From Pristiophorus japonicus (lineage: Eukaryota): a DNA stretch of 64,000 bases. This document shows positions 62,831 through 64,000 of this stretch, piece by piece. The stretch covers positions 29,822,001-29,886,000 of the forward strand of contig NC_091990.1 in assembly GCF_044704955.1 (NCBI RefSeq), in the 5' to 3' direction. The first letter of the stretch is position 1. Each line of letters starts with the position of its first letter. The translations under genes and the position numbers were made by a program. Under the pieces are notes generated by a model. It had not been told where the DNA came from, did not search any database, and worked only from the letters and a program-made list of their open reading frames with translations.

Positions 62831-63334
62831 CCGACCTGCGGTGGTGTTCGCACATATGTCGGGGCGGCCCACGATAACCACAGGCCCCTTCCACTCACCA
62901 CCACCAGCCAGCCTTCTCAAAGCTTTCGTCAGACCGCAAACATCCTTGTACAATGCCAGCCCGTCATTCAAGATTAGGACCTGGAAGGCAGGGAGCTTGT
63001 AACCTTCGGGACCCTGTCCAGTTCCACCTCCCCAAGTGGTGATCATGCCTCGATAGCCCACTACTGAATGGATTACCTTTTCCAGTACTTGCAGCCTCCA
63101 TGTTGAGCAAGGCTCAATTGCAGAAATATTCCGAACAGTAGAGCCTTGCTCTGCCAGGTCTTTTTCACAGCATCTGAATTAGAGCTGGTCTTCTCCAGGG
63201 GTTGGCTCTTCAGCTAATGTTTCGACATAGCAGTGGGAGCCACATTCAAGGTAAGTGAGTTTTTATGTCAGTGGATGAGTTCATAGAATAGTATAGCACA
63301 GAAGGAGGCCATTCAAGGAAGTATTTGGCCCATC

Positions 63335-64000
63335 AGTCTACCTCAATCATCAGCAAAGTGATGGAAGGGGTCATCGACAGTGCTATCATATGGCACTTAC
63401 TCACCAATGCTCAGTTTGGGTTACGCCATGGACAAAAGTGCTGAATTCTAGAGGTAAGGAAAGTGACTGCTTTTGAAATCAAGGAAGCATTTGACTGAGT
63501 GTGGCATCAAGGAGCACCAGTAAAATTGAAGTCAGTGGGAATCGGGGAAAACTCTCCACTGGCTGGAGTCATTCCTAGCACAACGTAAGATGGTGGTGGT
63601 TGTTTGAGGTCAATCCTGTCAGCCCAAGGGCATCGCTGCAAGAGTTCCTTAAGGCAGTGTCCTAGGCCCAACCATCTTCAGCTGCTTTACCAATGCCCTT
63701 TCCATCCAGGACAAAGTAGACTGCTTGACTGGCACCCCATCCACCACCGGCATACCATGGTTGCAGTGTGTGTCATCTGCAAGATGCACTACATCAAGGG
63801 AAACTTCAAGTTTCCCTCCAAGTTATATACCATGTTGACTTGGAAATATATCACCATTCCTTGATTGTCGTTGGGTCAAAATCCTGGAATTCTCTCCCCA
63901 ACAGCACGTCACCACAGGAACGGCAATGGTTCAAGAAGGTGGTTCACCATCACCTTCTAAAGGACAATAAATGCTGGCCTTGCAAGCGACACCCACATCC
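63335..64000 (+). mobile_element. second-family LINE, internally deleted, 3' end at window edge
   Basis: Colinear with 54780-57597; ends ATAAATGCTGGCCTTGCAAGCGACACCCACATCC. Confidence 0.8.

Overview
Eukaryotic, repeat-rich vertebrate DNA, most likely a cartilaginous fish (shark). This is inferred from its CR1, L2 and RTE LINEs, SacSINE1/DeuSINE-type SINEs and an elasmobranch-like 5S sequence. One protein-coding gene can be reconstructed: S100PBP on the minus strand, with 5 phase-consistent GT-AG coding exons (36829-35861, 27956-27835, 27187-27093, 17493-17394, 14373-14247; 1413 nt, 470 aa). It has a uORF-rich leader, candidate non-coding upstream exons and a 3' UTR of about 3 kb. Nearly all other ORFs in the track are LINE fragments or minisatellite artefacts. 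The rest of the window is nested transposons: CR1/L2/RTE LINEs, SINEs, a solo LTR with a 5-bp TSD, and non-autonomous Harbinger-, Tc2-, Tigger- and hAT-like DNA elements, several with G-rich minisatellite expansions. The most unusual object is a ~170-bp minus-strand cassette at 28707-28877. It joins a near full-length 5S rRNA, a 7-nt linker, a tRNA-Gln(TTG) fragment and the 5' end of U2 snRNA head-to-tail, between two copies of a 14-bp direct repeat. It looks like a multi-template-jump small-RNA retro-chimera or an undescribed composite SINE. Family names come from remembered consensus sequences, not database searches, and repeat boundaries are approximate unless TSDs are quoted.
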